From Chloroflexota bacterium (GTDB lineage Bacteria > Chloroflexota > UBA11872 > VXOZ01), in assembly GCA_965221905.1 (NCBI GenBank), contig OZ244922.1:64001-128000 (forward strand): a stretch of 64,000 nt of DNA, read 5' to 3'. The position numbers and the translations under genes were made by a program. Position 1 is the stretch's first letter, and each line of letters opens with the position of its first letter. The notes below the pieces were generated by a model. That model ran no database searches. It was not told where the DNA came from and was given only the letters and a program-made list of their open reading frames with translations. Of this stretch, positions 18,903 to 29,450 are shown in pieces.

Positions 18903-19610
18903 GTGCAGATTGGCGTGGAGATTTCCTGGTACGGCAACGGATGTTTCCGCTTGCGCAGCCAGCTTGGGACGGTAATCACCGACCCATACCCGCCCACCCC
19001 CGCACTTCGTTTGCCAAAGCTCAACGCCACCGTAGTCACCACAAGCGATCCGACTCTCTGCGACGAATCGGTCGTTGCGCGTGATGACCATAATCTGCTC
19101 GTAACCGGCGCGGGCGAGTATGAAATCGGCGGTATCTTCATCCAGGGTGTGCCCTTGCAAAGCCGCGGGCAACCCCCGGTGACGGCCTTTGTTTTCGAAA
19201 TGGAAGGATTGGCGGTCTGCCATCTTGGGCTGCCGTGGCAGGCGCCCTCCGCCGCCCAAGTCGAGAATCTAGGCAGTGTTGACGTACTGCTTTTGCCCGT
19301 AGGAGGACCGGGTCGCATCGGCGTGCAAGCGGTATCGGACCTGGCAAGCGAGCTCGAACCGAAAGTGCTGATACCCATGTACTACAGCATGCCGGACGCG
19401 CCCGATGACCGCTTCTACACCTTGGATCGATTGGCGCATGAGCTTGGCACCAAACTCCCGGAACCTGAAACAACACTCAACACACGGCGGAGAGGTGGCA
19501 TCGGCCAGAATACGTTCGCTGTCTTAGAATGCCGGGCGCAAAGCCGTGAGAGCGTCGCGCAAAGCAGCGAGAACGTCGCGCAAAGCAGCGAAAAAGTCTC
19601 TCAAAAGTGA
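18903..19610 (+). CDS. MBL-fold (Zn-hydrolase-like) protein with degenerate metal-binding motifs
   Basis: EISWYG..CFRL, ITDPY, GEYEIGG, CHLG, VDVLLLPVGG, LEPKVLIPM. Confidence 0.8.
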   Translation: MQIGVEISWYGNGCFRLRSQLGTVITDPYPPTPALRLPKLNATVVTTSDPTLCDESVVARDDHNLLVTGAGEYEIGGIFIQGVPLQSRGQPPVTAFVFEMEGLAVCHLGLPWQAPSAAQVENLGSVDVLLLPVGGPGRIGVQAVSDLASELEPKVLIPMYYSMPDAPDDRFYTLDRLAHELGTKLPEPETTLNTRRRGGIGQNTFAVLECRAQSRESVAQSSENVAQSSEKVSQK

Positions 19611-19618
19611 GTGCTTAG

Positions 19619-21349
19619 ATGTCAGATTCAAGGCGCATTGTCAAGCATATATTTGTTACCGGCGGGGTTGTTTCCTCTGTCGGCAAAGGAGTGACGGTAG
19701 CCGCAATCGGGCGGCTGCTCAAGAGCCGGGGAATTCGCGTCTCCATTCAAAAACTCGACCCCTACTTCAACGTAGACCCCGGCACCATGAGTCCCTACCA
19801 GCACGGCGAGGTGTTTGTGACGGAAGACGGCGCGGAGACGGACCTGGATCTCGGCCACTACGAGCGCTTCATCGACGAGCACCTCACGCGCGAGAGCAAC
19901 GTGACATCAGGCCAAGTGTTCGAGCACGTGATCGAGAAAGAGCGGCGCGGCGACTACCTGGGCGGCACGGTGCAGATGATCCCTCACGTTACGGATGAGA
20001 TTCGCGAGCGCATCCTGCGCGTGGGAGAGGCAGCTAATGCCGACGTGGTGATCGTTGAGGTGGGCGGCACGGTCGGCGACATCGAGGGCTTGCCCTTCAT
20101 CGAGAGCATTCGTCAGTTGCGGCGCAACCTGGGTCGAGAAAATGTCTTTTACATCCACGTGACGCTGCTCCCATACATTGGGTCGACCGGTGAGCTGAAG
20201 ACGAAACCCACGCAGCACAGCGTGCATGAATTGCGCCGGCTTGGCATCCAGCCGGAGATGATAATCTGTCGCTCCGACTTTGAAATGCCGCCGGAACTGC
20301 GGGAGAAGATCGCGCTTTTCTGCGACGTGGACGAACCGGCCGTAATCCCCCTGGTTACCTTTGCTTCTATCTACGAAGTGCCGATGTACCTCGAGAACAT
20401 CGGTCTCGGCAATTTGCTGGTAGAAGCACTCCGCTTGCCGGAACGGCAGCCGGACCTAGCCGTCTGGGAAGAGATTGTGGAGCAGGTCACGTATAGCCAT
20501 GCGCCGCTGGAGATTGCCATCGTCGGCAAGTATACGCAGTTACCGGACGCCTACCTGAGCGTGACTGAGTCGCTGCGGCATGCCTGTGCGGCCAATGAGG
20601 TTAGCCTTAACCTCAAGTGGGTGAATGCCGAGGATGTGGAAGCCGATGGGCCTGAAGCGCATCTCGCCGGCGTGCGCGGCATTGTGGTGCCGGGCGGCTT
20701 CGGCCCGCGCGGAATCGAGGGTAAGATCATGGCGGCGCGCTTTGCGCGCGAAAATAGGATACCCTATCTTGGGCTTTGCCTCGGCTTGCAGGTTGCCGTT
20801 ATAGAATTCGCGCGCGTCGTGCTGGGCGAGCAGGCCAACAGCACCGAATTCGATCCACAGACGCCCATACCGGTGATCGACCAAATGGAAAGTCAGCGGG
20901 GAGTAACGAACAAAGGCGGTACCATGCGGCTGGGCGCGTACCCGTGCGCGCTTGAACCGGGCACGATTGCTGCCGAGGCTTACGGGAAGTCTCTCGTGCA
21001 TGAGCGGCACCGCCACCGCTGGGAGGTCAACGATCGCTACAAGCACGTGCTGGCCGCCCACGGCTTCCGGGTGAGCGGCGTCTGGCCGGAGGGCGGCTTG
21101 GCGGAGATCATGGAGCGCACCGACCATCCGTTTTTCTTGGGCAGCCAGTTCCATCCGGAATTCAAGTCGCGCCCCAATCGCCCCCACCCACTCTTTGTGA
21201 AGTTTGTGCAGGCCGGCAAGCAGGTCCACCTGGAAGGCGACCAGGAATCACTGCCCATCGGCGGGGCTGACGTTGCGCTGCACGCGGCTCCAGTGCTTGA
21301 GCCCGAGAACGAGGAGTTTCCGGTACCGAGCGGCCAACTGCATCGTTAG
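19619..21349 (+). CDS. pyrG: CTP synthase
   Basis: IFVTGGVVSSVGKG, DPYFNVDPGTMSPYQHGEV, KTKPTQHSV, GLCLG, ERHRHRWE, QFHPEFKSRP. Confidence 0.98.
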   Translation: MSDSRRIVKHIFVTGGVVSSVGKGVTVAAIGRLLKSRGIRVSIQKLDPYFNVDPGTMSPYQHGEVFVTEDGAETDLDLGHYERFIDEHLTRESNVTSGQVFEHVIEKERRGDYLGGTVQMIPHVTDEIRERILRVGEAANADVVIVEVGGTVGDIEGLPFIESIRQLRRNLGRENVFYIHVTLLPYIGSTGELKTKPTQHSVHELRRLGIQPEMIICRSDFEMPPELREKIALFCDVDEPAVIPLVTFASIYEVPMYLENIGLGNLLVEALRLPERQPDLAVWEEIVEQVTYSHAPLEIAIVGKYTQLPDAYLSVTESLRHACAANEVSLNLKWVNAEDVEADGPEAHLAGVRGIVVPGGFGPRGIEGKIMAARFARENRIPYLGLCLGLQVAVIEFARVVLGEQANSTEFDPQTPIPVIDQMESQRGVTNKGGTMRLGAYPCALEPGTIAAEAYGKSLVHERHRHRWEVNDRYKHVLAAHGFRVSGVWPEGGLAEIMERTDHPFFLGSQFHPEFKSRPNRPHPLFVKFVQAGKQVHLEGDQESLPIGGADVALHAAPVLEPENEEFPVPSGQLHR

Positions 21350-21433
21350 GGCGGGGAGCATCCAATGAGCATTGGAGCCCATGGCAGGCTAGGTGGTATT
21401 GAGAGTTTGCGTCACTTTTGTGTTGCCCCTAGG

Positions 21434-21596
21434 TGTCATTCCGAGCGCAGCGAGGAATCTAAGGCGATTGGTCCAGCTCTTTCCCCAGGTTTCCTCTCAG
21501 AATCAGAGTGAAAGTGTAGCACCTGGGCTTGTTCCTGCACAGGGCGGCGAGCATTTCATCTAATATGGATGGATTCCCGCGCAAGCGGGAATGACG
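21434..21596. repeat. Family C copy (21434-21460) and reverse family D copy (21570-21596)
   Basis: tgtcattccgagcgcagcgaggaatct; tggattcccgcgcaagcgggaatgacg. Confidence 0.8.
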
Positions 21597-21733
21597 GACT
21601 GGGATGCTGTAATTCCCAGCGTATTGAATGACAAATTCCTGGAAACCCTGGCGGACCTCGTCGATGTGGGTCGGAAATAGAAGTCAGCAGATCCCCGTAT
21701 CCAGTCCTTGAAGTAGCCTTAGCGAGTGCAACA

Positions 21734-22759
21734 ATGAATGAACTTGGCGTAGCAGTAATTGGCTTTGGCGTGGGGCGCAGCCACTTGCGCGCGTACCGGG
21801 AGATACCCGGTGTGCGGCTTGTCATTCTCTGCGATACCGATGAGGAACGCTTGGCGCAGGCGCGGCAGGAGTTCGACGGCATTGCCACGACCCGCGATGT
21901 GGAGGAAGCCGTGAGCCGTGACGACGTGCACGTTGTTTCCGTGTGCACGCCTGATCACCTACACTACGAGCACTGTCTGGCCGCGCTCGCCCACGGCAAG
22001 CACATCCTGTGCGAGAAGCCGATGACTACCAGCGAGGCCCACGCGTGGGACTTGGTGCAGCGGGTACAGGCTGCCGACGTGCGGTTTGCCGTGGGTAATG
22101 TGAACCGCTTCGTGCCGCAGTTCGCGGCTTTGCACCAATTTGTGCAAGAGGGACGGCTGGGCGATCTCTTCTTCGTCGAAAGCGACTACATCCACGATAT
22201 GCGCGGGGTCTACCGGCGCACGCCCTGGCGCAAAGATCCGGCGCAGCCTCAGAATGCGTGGTTCGGGGGCGGCGTACACCCGATGGACCTCGTCCGCTGG
22301 GTGGCTGGCGACGTGGCGGAAATCACGCTTTATGCGAACAAGTGCGCCAGCGTGCCGGAGTTTCCCCTGCCGGATACCTACATCAGCATCCTCAAGTTCG
22401 CGAGCGGTTGCCTGGGCAAGGTGTGGGAGACGTCCGCCATCCGCCGCGTGCCGGGGCACGTGGTGAACTTCAACGCCTACGGCGCGGAAGGCACCATGCT
22501 CACGAACACGCTCGAAATGGAAGCAAAACTCTGGTTGAACTGGGGCGTAGAAGGCCTGGCCGGCGCGCAGACGTTACCCTTCAAGCGCACCATCGGTCAT
22601 CCGGTACTGGACGAGTTGACGCACCTGGTTGATTGCATCCGCACCGGCGCAACTCCGCTCGTTGACGCGACCGAAGGCGCAAAGACTATCGCTACCCTGG
22701 CGGCGGGCTTGCGCTCAGCGGAAAGCGGCAAACCGGAGCAGGTGAATTCAGGTCCGTGA
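21734..22759 (+). CDS. Gfo/Idh/MocA family oxidoreductase
   Basis: VIGFGVG, CTPDHLH, GKHILCEKPM, GVHPMD. Confidence 0.92.
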   Translation: MNELGVAVIGFGVGRSHLRAYREIPGVRLVILCDTDEERLAQARQEFDGIATTRDVEEAVSRDDVHVVSVCTPDHLHYEHCLAALAHGKHILCEKPMTTSEAHAWDLVQRVQAADVRFAVGNVNRFVPQFAALHQFVQEGRLGDLFFVESDYIHDMRGVYRRTPWRKDPAQPQNAWFGGGVHPMDLVRWVAGDVAEITLYANKCASVPEFPLPDTYISILKFASGCLGKVWETSAIRRVPGHVVNFNAYGAEGTMLTNTLEMEAKLWLNWGVEGLAGAQTLPFKRTIGHPVLDELTHLVDCIRTGATPLVDATEGAKTIATLAAGLRSAESGKPEQVNSGP

Positions 22760-22846
22760 GCGTGATCAGCGTTCAGTGACTGGTGGACGGTGATGAAACC
22801 TAGAGCAATTACTGTTATCCAGTCGTACAAGCGAAAACTCTGACCC

Positions 22847-22987
22847 GTAGGGGCACGACATGTCGTGCCCCTACACGTGTGTGGGGCTAGAAGAAGAGAT
22901 TTGACCCTCACCCTAACCCTCTCCCGCCGGGAGAGGAGACTTTCTCGCCTCGGCAAGGGTTTCGCAAAGGTCTCCAGCGGGAGAGGG
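22847..22987. repeat. Family A palindrome (22847-22874), family E copy (22905-22936) and partial E copy (22971-22987)
   Basis: ccctcaccctaaccctctcccgccgggagagg; between convergent genes. Confidence 0.85.
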
Positions 22988-23071
22988 AACTCTTGCGCGC
23001 GGTTTTGAACGCGCTAGGGACTGTTTGAACGCGATAAACCAGGGGCCGCGCAGACCGAATACGCGCTGATC

Positions 23072-24355
23072 TCAGGCGAGGACCTGTGTTGCAACCTTCC
23101 ACAGCCCTTGCACCACGTCGGCGCAATCGGCTTCGGTGTAACTCGGCGCGATGGCAATATTCACGGCGCGGGCCATGATCGCTTCCGTGCGCGGGCAAAG
23201 GCCGGGGGCGTAGTTTTGGGAGAGCGCGCCGACTGCCGGACGGTAGTTCTGCAGCGCCTCGATGTTGTAGACCGGCTTGCCGCCATAAACGTGCCGTGCG
23301 GGGATACCCTCCGCGCGGAGCGCCTTCACGAAGCGCGCCGTTTGCGCAGGATCTTCCACAAGCAGACCGAGCGATACACCGGCGATGCCGCTGGGATCGG
23401 GTAAATGGCGCGGGGTTACGCCGGGCAGGCCCTGTATCTCTTGCTTGATGGTGTCGTGGGCGTTTCTCATCCGGTTTATAATGCCAGGCAGTTTGCGGAT
23501 CTGCGCCAATGCCAGTGCACCCGCGAGTTCGCCCATGCGGTAGACCTCACCTGGGAAGGCATCGAGCTGTCCGGGCGGATACGTGGTCAAATCGCCCATG
23601 GTGTCGTCCGGCGCGCTGGTTTCCACAGACATGCGCCCAAAGCGGTAGTTGCCGTGGTCGTGATAGCGCACGGCGCGCTCGAACATCACCGGATCGCTGG
23701 TGGTAACGATGCCGCCCTCTCCCGCGGTAATAATCTTGTTCACCTGCAGGCTAAAGGCGCCCACGTCGCCCCACGCGCCGATGGACTTTCCCTTGTAGGC
23801 CGCGCCGGCCGACTGCGCGCAGTCCTCGATCACACGGAGGTCATGCCGCCGCGCGATGTCCATGATGGTATCCATATCCGCAGACACGCCGCTGGTGTGC
23901 ACCGGCATGATGGCGCGGGTGCGGGGCGTGATGCGGTTCTCAATGTCGTTGGGATCAAGCGTGAGCGACTCGTTGACGTCGGCAAATACCGGGATCGCGT
24001 GATGGGCGGCTACGGTACCGGGTGAGGCGATGAAGGTGAGCGCCGGGACGATGACTTCGTCGCCGGGCGCGATGTCCAGCGCCTTGAGGCCAACTTTTAA
24101 CGCAGCAGTACCGGACGTTACGCCCAGCGCGTACGACGTGCCCATCATCCGGGCCGCTTCGCGCTCCAACTGCGCGACTTTGTCCGGCTCATTGACGCCG
24201 TAGAAGCGGAACGGCGCTTGCCGGTCCAGCACTTCCAGGACGAGTTCTCTTTCCTCATCGCCAATCAGCCGCGCGCCGGGATAACCGGTCTCCAGGGGCG
24301 TTGCGCGTACCGGTTCACCGCCGTCCACTGCTAAACGCTCGATTTTCGTTGCCAT
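23072..24355 (-). CDS. DegT/DnrJ/EryC1/StrS family PLP-dependent aminotransferase
   Basis: SGTAAL, PGDEVIVP..TF.A, IEDCAQS, FSLQVNKIITAGEGG. Confidence 0.93.
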   Translation of the reverse strand: MATKIERLAVDGGEPVRATPLETGYPGARLIGDEERELVLEVLDRQAPFRFYGVNEPDKVAQLEREAARMMGTSYALGVTSGTAALKVGLKALDIAPGDEVIVPALTFIASPGTVAAHHAIPVFADVNESLTLDPNDIENRITPRTRAIMPVHTSGVSADMDTIMDIARRHDLRVIEDCAQSAGAAYKGKSIGAWGDVGAFSLQVNKIITAGEGGIVTTSDPVMFERAVRYHDHGNYRFGRMSVETSAPDDTMGDLTTYPPGQLDAFPGEVYRMGELAGALALAQIRKLPGIINRMRNAHDTIKQEIQGLPGVTPRHLPDPSGIAGVSLGLLVEDPAQTARFVKALRAEGIPARHVYGGKPVYNIEALQNYRPAVGALSQNYAPGLCPRTEAIMARAVNIAIAPSYTEADCADVVQGLWKVATQVLA

Positions 24356-24403
24356 GCTCTATTTCTCCTAATTGTCGGCTACCGGCGTCACTACGCGTTC
24401 ACT

Positions 24404-24430
24404 GTAGGGCACGACATGTCGTGCCCCTAC
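24404..24430. repeat. Family A palindrome (one G missing)
   Basis: gtagggcacgacatgtcgtgcccctac. Confidence 0.85.
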
Positions 24431-24525
24431 GCATCTTCAAATCGCTACTATGCAAGCCGCCAGTCCACTGTATCCACTGATGTCATCGCTCGAGAGTTTC
24501 CTGTGTTTATGAAGTCCCATTGCCC

Positions 24526-24672
24526 CGTCATTCCGGCGAAAAGCCTGCCCCGTACTTGATACGGGGCCGGAATCCATCTTGTCCGTGCGCACCGATTGTT
24601 GAGCCGTTTCAAGTCCAGCGCGAAACTTCATTCTTGCCCCCCACCTGGACTCCGGCCTCCGCCGGAGTGACG
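24526..24672. repeat. Inverted pair of family D repeats (REPIN-like); left copy carries the 24-bp module
   Basis: cgtcattccggcgaaa[24 bp]gccggaatcca ... tggactccggcctccgccggagtgacg. Confidence 0.85.
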
Positions 24673-24708
24673 GGCCTGAGTACCAAGTTGGTGGCTGTAG
24701 GGATAGAA

Positions 24709-25563
24709 TCACCGCTTCTTTGTATGCAGATGCTTATCCTTCAATATAACTTTCTCAGCAGTGCCGCCCATGATCGCCTCGCGTTGCTCGTCACTCATGG
24801 GAAAGTTGCGCAGAAACTCAACCTGCGGCAGCGGCTGCCAGGGATGAAGGTAGTCGGTCCCGAGCATGAGCTTCTGCCAGTTCCGCTCGATGAATCCGGG
24901 CGTAAAGTCGAGATCGCGCGAAATGGCGTTGAAGCCGGAGCCGGCCGAGAGATCGCCGTACATGTTGGGGTATTCCTGTAAGAGGCGCTCGGTGCTGCCG
25001 CCGGGCGTGACCTTGCCCGGGGGATAGCCGATCCTGCTGGCGCGCCGGAAGTCGGCGGATATCTCCGCCCACCACGCTGGGCCGTGTCCCATAAAGACCG
25101 TATTGGGGCACTCCTTGAGCACGCGCTCCATCCCGGGTTGGCCGTCCTCGTCAGTGCAGAGATTCAGGTCCAGGTGCAGCATTACGGGCAAGTCAAACTC
25201 ACCGGCGAGGGAAAAGAGCTCAATGGCGCGGGGATCATCAATCGCCAGGCCGTTCTTGTGCTCGCCGAAGCCCATGATGCCCCTGGCGACCATTCTCTCC
25301 AGCAGCATGCGTTTGTTCACGGAGTTGCGCGGATCAATGACGCCAAACGGGATGAACCGCTCTGGATACCGCTTCCAGTCCTCCAGTGCCTCCGCCGTCA
25401 GAAAGTACTCCGGAAACGATTCCGGACTTTCCAACGGCAGCAGCACGGACATATCCACGCCCATCTTATCCATGCGGTTCACCATCTGGTCCGCCGACAT
25501 GGTGAGGGCGTTGCCCATACTCCACCGCCCACGACACGTGTGCGTGTGGACATCAATAACCAT
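24709..25563 (-). CDS. amidohydrolase family protein (Amidohydro_2-like)
   Basis: IDVHTH, RFIPF, GFGEHK, GHGP.WWAEIS, YGDLSAGSG, GTDY. Confidence 0.88.
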   Translation of the reverse strand: MVIDVHTHTCRGRWSMGNALTMSADQMVNRMDKMGVDMSVLLPLESPESFPEYFLTAEALEDWKRYPERFIPFGVIDPRNSVNKRMLLERMVARGIMGFGEHKNGLAIDDPRAIELFSLAGEFDLPVMLHLDLNLCTDEDGQPGMERVLKECPNTVFMGHGPAWWAEISADFRRASRIGYPPGKVTPGGSTERLLQEYPNMYGDLSAGSGFNAISRDLDFTPGFIERNWQKLMLGTDYLHPWQPLPQVEFLRNFPMSDEQREAIMGGTAEKVILKDKHLHTKKR

Positions 25564-26041
25564 GATTTACTCTTACCTCCGCGTAGTCTGACTGGAATTC
25601 TTGCGTCTGAGATAGATGACGTTGTTAGGAGTATACCCTATCCGGTAGACTCGCTTGGGAATTCGGTCCTTGTGGTAGATTCTCGTCCTAATCTCAGCCG
25701 ACGCGTTCAAATGAACGCCCCTGTTTCAATCGAACACGGGCGAATATATACTTGAAGCGTCGCATTGTAACGGTTAGGCAAGCAGTGGCGATTCCACGCT
25801 AGATACGCGTTGGCTTGCGCCAAGAGTCCGAATTTCAAGGTAGAGGTGAAGCATAGTTTGAGAAAGTGCTGCAGAGCTGTTAAGAGCAACTCGCGGCGAG
25901 CTTCCCTTCATCCGTCCACACTTCGACAAGCTCAGCACGAACGGATTTCATCACACTCTTCTTATTCCAATATGCAACCTTGGACGTACGCATGATTTAA
26001 CATTCGTATCGCAAGCATTACTAAGTTTTTTGGCCGCAGGT

Positions 26042-27136
26042 ATGGCTAGGAGTACGCACATCGTGAACAAATTCGATCTTCCGACCCCGGCGCTTTGTAT
26101 CGATATGGAGGCGGTCGGCCACAACTTGCGGACGATGCAGGACTTCGCCGATCGGGCCGGGGTGGACCTGCGCCCCCACGCCAAGACCCACAAGAATCCC
26201 TTCTTTGCGCACATGCAAATTGCCCTAGGAGCGGTGGGCGTCTGCGTGGCGAAACTCAGCGAAGCGGCGGTCATGGTGGAAGGCGGCGTAAAGGATATTC
26301 TCGTCACGAATGAGATCGCCGACCCGCGCAAACTGCGCCAACTGGCCGGACTGGCGCACTACGCCAAGATTACGCTCGCGGTGGACAATTTGCCCTGCGC
26401 CGCGGCGGCAGCGCGCGCGGCGATGGACATGGGCAGCACGCTGCAGCTTCTCATCGAGGTTGATAGCGGCTCGCTACGCTGCGGCACGGCCCCCGGCCAA
26501 CCGACGCTGGAACTGGCGCGCGGCGTCATGGAGTTGGAAAGCGTGGTGTTTGCGGGTGTGATGGGTTATGAGGGCCACTGTATGTTCATCGAGGATCCCG
26601 CTGAACGCAAGCAGAAGGCGCACGCCGCCCAAGAGAGCCTGGTGGGGACCGCCGAGCTACTCCGCGCCCACGGCATTCCCGTGCAAACGGTCTCTGCCGC
26701 TGGCACCGGCACCTACGACCTAACCGGCAGCTATCCCGGCATTACCGAGTTGCAACCGGGTTCTTACATCTTCATGGACGGTCGCTACCGACCCCTACGC
26801 CCTGAATTTCGCTGCGCGCTCACCGTGACTTGCACAGTGATCAGCCGCCCCGTACCGGAGCGCGTGGTGGTGGACGTGGGCATGAAGTCCCTTACCAACG
26901 AATTCGGCATGCCGCTGGTGCTCAGCATCCCTAACTGCGAATTCTACCGCGAAGGCGAGGAGAACGCCTGCATCCGCCTGGAAGACACCAGCCACCCCAT
27001 CCGTCCCGGCGACCCGGTGGAACTGCTGCCCATGCACGGCGATACGACAATCGCCGCCCACGACGTCTACCACCTCTGCCACGGCGAAGAGGTGGTGATG
27101 ACCATTCCGATCTTGGGACGCGGGAAGTTTCACTAA
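26042..27136 (+). CDS. DSD1/D-threonine aldolase-like PLP enzyme (alanine racemase fold)
   Basis: LPTPAL, LRPHAKTHK, GVMGYEGH, GTGTY, ELQPGSYIFMD; start approximate. Confidence 0.88.
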   Translation: MARSTHIVNKFDLPTPALCIDMEAVGHNLRTMQDFADRAGVDLRPHAKTHKNPFFAHMQIALGAVGVCVAKLSEAAVMVEGGVKDILVTNEIADPRKLRQLAGLAHYAKITLAVDNLPCAAAAARAAMDMGSTLQLLIEVDSGSLRCGTAPGQPTLELARGVMELESVVFAGVMGYEGHCMFIEDPAERKQKAHAAQESLVGTAELLRAHGIPVQTVSAAGTGTYDLTGSYPGITELQPGSYIFMDGRYRPLRPEFRCALTVTCTVISRPVPERVVVDVGMKSLTNEFGMPLVLSIPNCEFYREGEENACIRLEDTSHPIRPGDPVELLPMHGDTTIAAHDVYHLCHGEEVVMTIPILGRGKFH

Positions 27137-27269
27137 TGCCCACTAGACGTTTTCTCTCCCTTTGGAGACCCTTGCATGTCTTACGTGGGGCTATAGAAGC
27201 CACTCTCAATAGAAGCAGAATACCTCTATTTAAGGAAGTAGAGTCTCCCTCGCCAAGGAAGCAAAGTCC

Positions 27270-27306
27270 CCCTCTCCATTGAGGGAGAGGGTCGGGGTGA
27301 GGGTGA
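27270..27306. repeat. Family E solo copy
   Basis: ccctctccattgagggagagggtcggggtgagggtga. Confidence 0.8.
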
Positions 27307-27524
27307 TTCTTCGCAAGAATAGGGCAATCCTGCTCGCCTGATAGAGCTACGCAATGGTCGCCTTAAGAGAGTGCGTAGCCAGCCTTGCGTTCATCTGCGG
27401 AGAACACCTGCAAGCAACCAACCGTATGTGCTACGCTGCGTGCAACACACCTACGACTGCACCCAGTATTGTTTACGCGAGTACGACACGTAGACGGATC
27501 AAGCTGCGAAAGGGTACGTGAGCC

Positions 27525-28118
27525 ATGGGCCAAGATCGGCATCTGCCTGTCGTCGTAGGTATCACGGCAGCGAGCGGCGCGGCGTTGACGGAACGCTGCA
27601 TTACGTGGCTGGCAGCGCATGGTGTGCCGCTCTACGTGACGTGCAGCAGCAACGGCCGGCTGGTATGGCAGCAAGAGCTGGATGAGTCGCTTGAGGAAGC
27701 CGCTGCTCGCTGGTCGCAGGCGGGCGACGTAACGCTGGTAGACGTGGGCGACGAGGCCGCCCTGATTGCCAGCGGCAGTCTGCTCACGGCGGGGATGATC
27801 ATCGTTCCTTGCAGCACGGGCTCGGCGGCGGCCATCGCCAACGGTATCTGCACGAACGTGCTCCACCGCGCGGCGGAAGTGACCATAAAAGAGGGTCGGC
27901 CGCTCGTGCTCATGCCCCGCGAAACACCCCTTTCGGCCATTCACCTCGAATCGTGGCTCAAGCTCGCGCGGCTGGGGGTCACCATCGTGCCGCCAATGCT
28001 CACGTTCTACAACCATCCCAAGAACATTCAGGACATGGTGGACTTCAGCGTTGGCCGCGCGCTCACGCTGCTGGGATTCCCGGAAGCCCTTCCCGAACAC
28101 TTGCGCTACCACCGGTAA
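27525..28118 (+). CDS. ubiX: flavin prenyltransferase UbiX
   Basis: VGITAASG, IASGS, PCS, RAAEVTIKEGRPLVLMPRETP, FY.HP. Confidence 0.92.
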   Translation: MGQDRHLPVVVGITAASGAALTERCITWLAAHGVPLYVTCSSNGRLVWQQELDESLEEAAARWSQAGDVTLVDVGDEAALIASGSLLTAGMIIVPCSTGSAAAIANGICTNVLHRAAEVTIKEGRPLVLMPRETPLSAIHLESWLKLARLGVTIVPPMLTFYNHPKNIQDMVDFSVGRALTLLGFPEALPEHLRYHR

Positions 28119-28280
28119 GCCTGCGGCGTGAAGCTCTTGCGAACGAGGGTAAACTCATCGCATTTGCACTTCTTCTCCTCATAGCGACGTGACCTGCTCC
28201 GGCCGTTAGGGTATTTGTGCTTATATTCACAAATGCGGTATCCTGCACGCATATCAACGCAGTTAAGGAGGATAGAATAC

Positions 28281-29279
28281 TTGGCTCTCACACGACGGAC
28301 ATTACTCCGTGGCGCGGTCGCCGGCGCGCTGGCGCTTCCCATGCTTGCAGCTTGCGGTCAGGTGACGGTAACGACAAGCGAGACCGCAGGGCAAGAGGCT
28401 GCGGCGGAACCGACGAAGCTCCGCATCGGCGATCTGCCGCTCATCGACATGCTGCCGGTCTACGTGGCGGAACAGGAAGGCCTTTTCCCCGATAACCTGG
28501 AAGTTGAATTGGTGCCGTTTTCCAGTGCTTTGGAGCGCGATACCGCCTACACCTCGAAGCAGGTTGACGGCGTGCTCAACGATTTTGTCTCCGCGACGGC
28601 ATTGAACCGGGAGCAAGACTTCACCCGAAACGTGCGCGTAATTCTGCGCTCAACGCAGGAACTGTCGCTCTTTGCTCTTTTGGCGAGCAAGGATTCCGAC
28701 ATTGAGAAGATTGAGGATGTGAAGGGCAAGCAGATCGCAATCTCCCCGAATACCATTATCGAGTATGTGCTCGACCGGATGCTCGGAACGGTAGGACTGG
28801 GACACGACGATGTCGAGAAGGTGGCCGTGCCTAGCATTCCGCTGCGTTTGGAGATGCTCGGCCAGGGCAACGTGACCGCTGCCGTGCTGCCGGAACCGCT
28901 CGTCAGCCTTAGCATTACGACGGCTGGCTCGCGCCTTATCAGGGATGATGCCGAGACCCAATTCGGCGCCTCGCTCCTCTCGTTCCGTAGCGATGTCATT
29001 GCGAGCCAAGAAGATATCGTGCGCGGCTTTATGGATGGTTTCGAGGCCGGCGTAAACCGCATCAACAGCAATCCGGGAAGTTATCAGGACTTGATGGAAG
29101 CGCGCGGGCGCATTCCACCCCCTCTGTTTGGCAAGTTTTCCGTACCTCAGTTCCCCGCAGCCGCAGTGGTGCCGCAGGAGGAGTTTGAGGCGGTAGGCGA
29201 GTGGGCGGTCGAGCGTGGTCTGCTGCAAGAGGCGATCCCTTACGAAGACCTTATAGACACACGATTCTTGCCTGGGTAG
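28281..29279 (+). CDS. NitT/TauT-type ABC transporter substrate-binding lipoprotein
   Basis: AAGGAGG RBS then TTG; Tat motif TRRTLL and lipobox LAAC; LP.YVA...G.F, PEP. Confidence 0.85.
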   Translation: MALTRRTLLRGAVAGALALPMLAACGQVTVTTSETAGQEAAAEPTKLRIGDLPLIDMLPVYVAEQEGLFPDNLEVELVPFSSALERDTAYTSKQVDGVLNDFVSATALNREQDFTRNVRVILRSTQELSLFALLASKDSDIEKIEDVKGKQIAISPNTIIEYVLDRMLGTVGLGHDDVEKVAVPSIPLRLEMLGQGNVTAAVLPEPLVSLSITTAGSRLIRDDAETQFGASLLSFRSDVIASQEDIVRGFMDGFEAGVNRINSNPGSYQDLMEARGRIPPPLFGKFSVPQFPAAAVVPQEEFEAVGEWAVERGLLQEAIPYEDLIDTRFLPG

Positions 29280-29450
29280 GTCTAGGCCAACGCGCACGCT
29301 GCAGAGCGGGTCTCTTCAAATGCGGCAGAAGTCGCCTTGGCCGTTGGTGTGGCGAGTCTTGAAGCGTGTGGGGAGGGGCTCGTCCTCAACTGCGGCGTGT
29401 GCGTGCTGCAATGCCATGTCCGCGCAATGCGTTGTGACCGGAGCAGGTAA

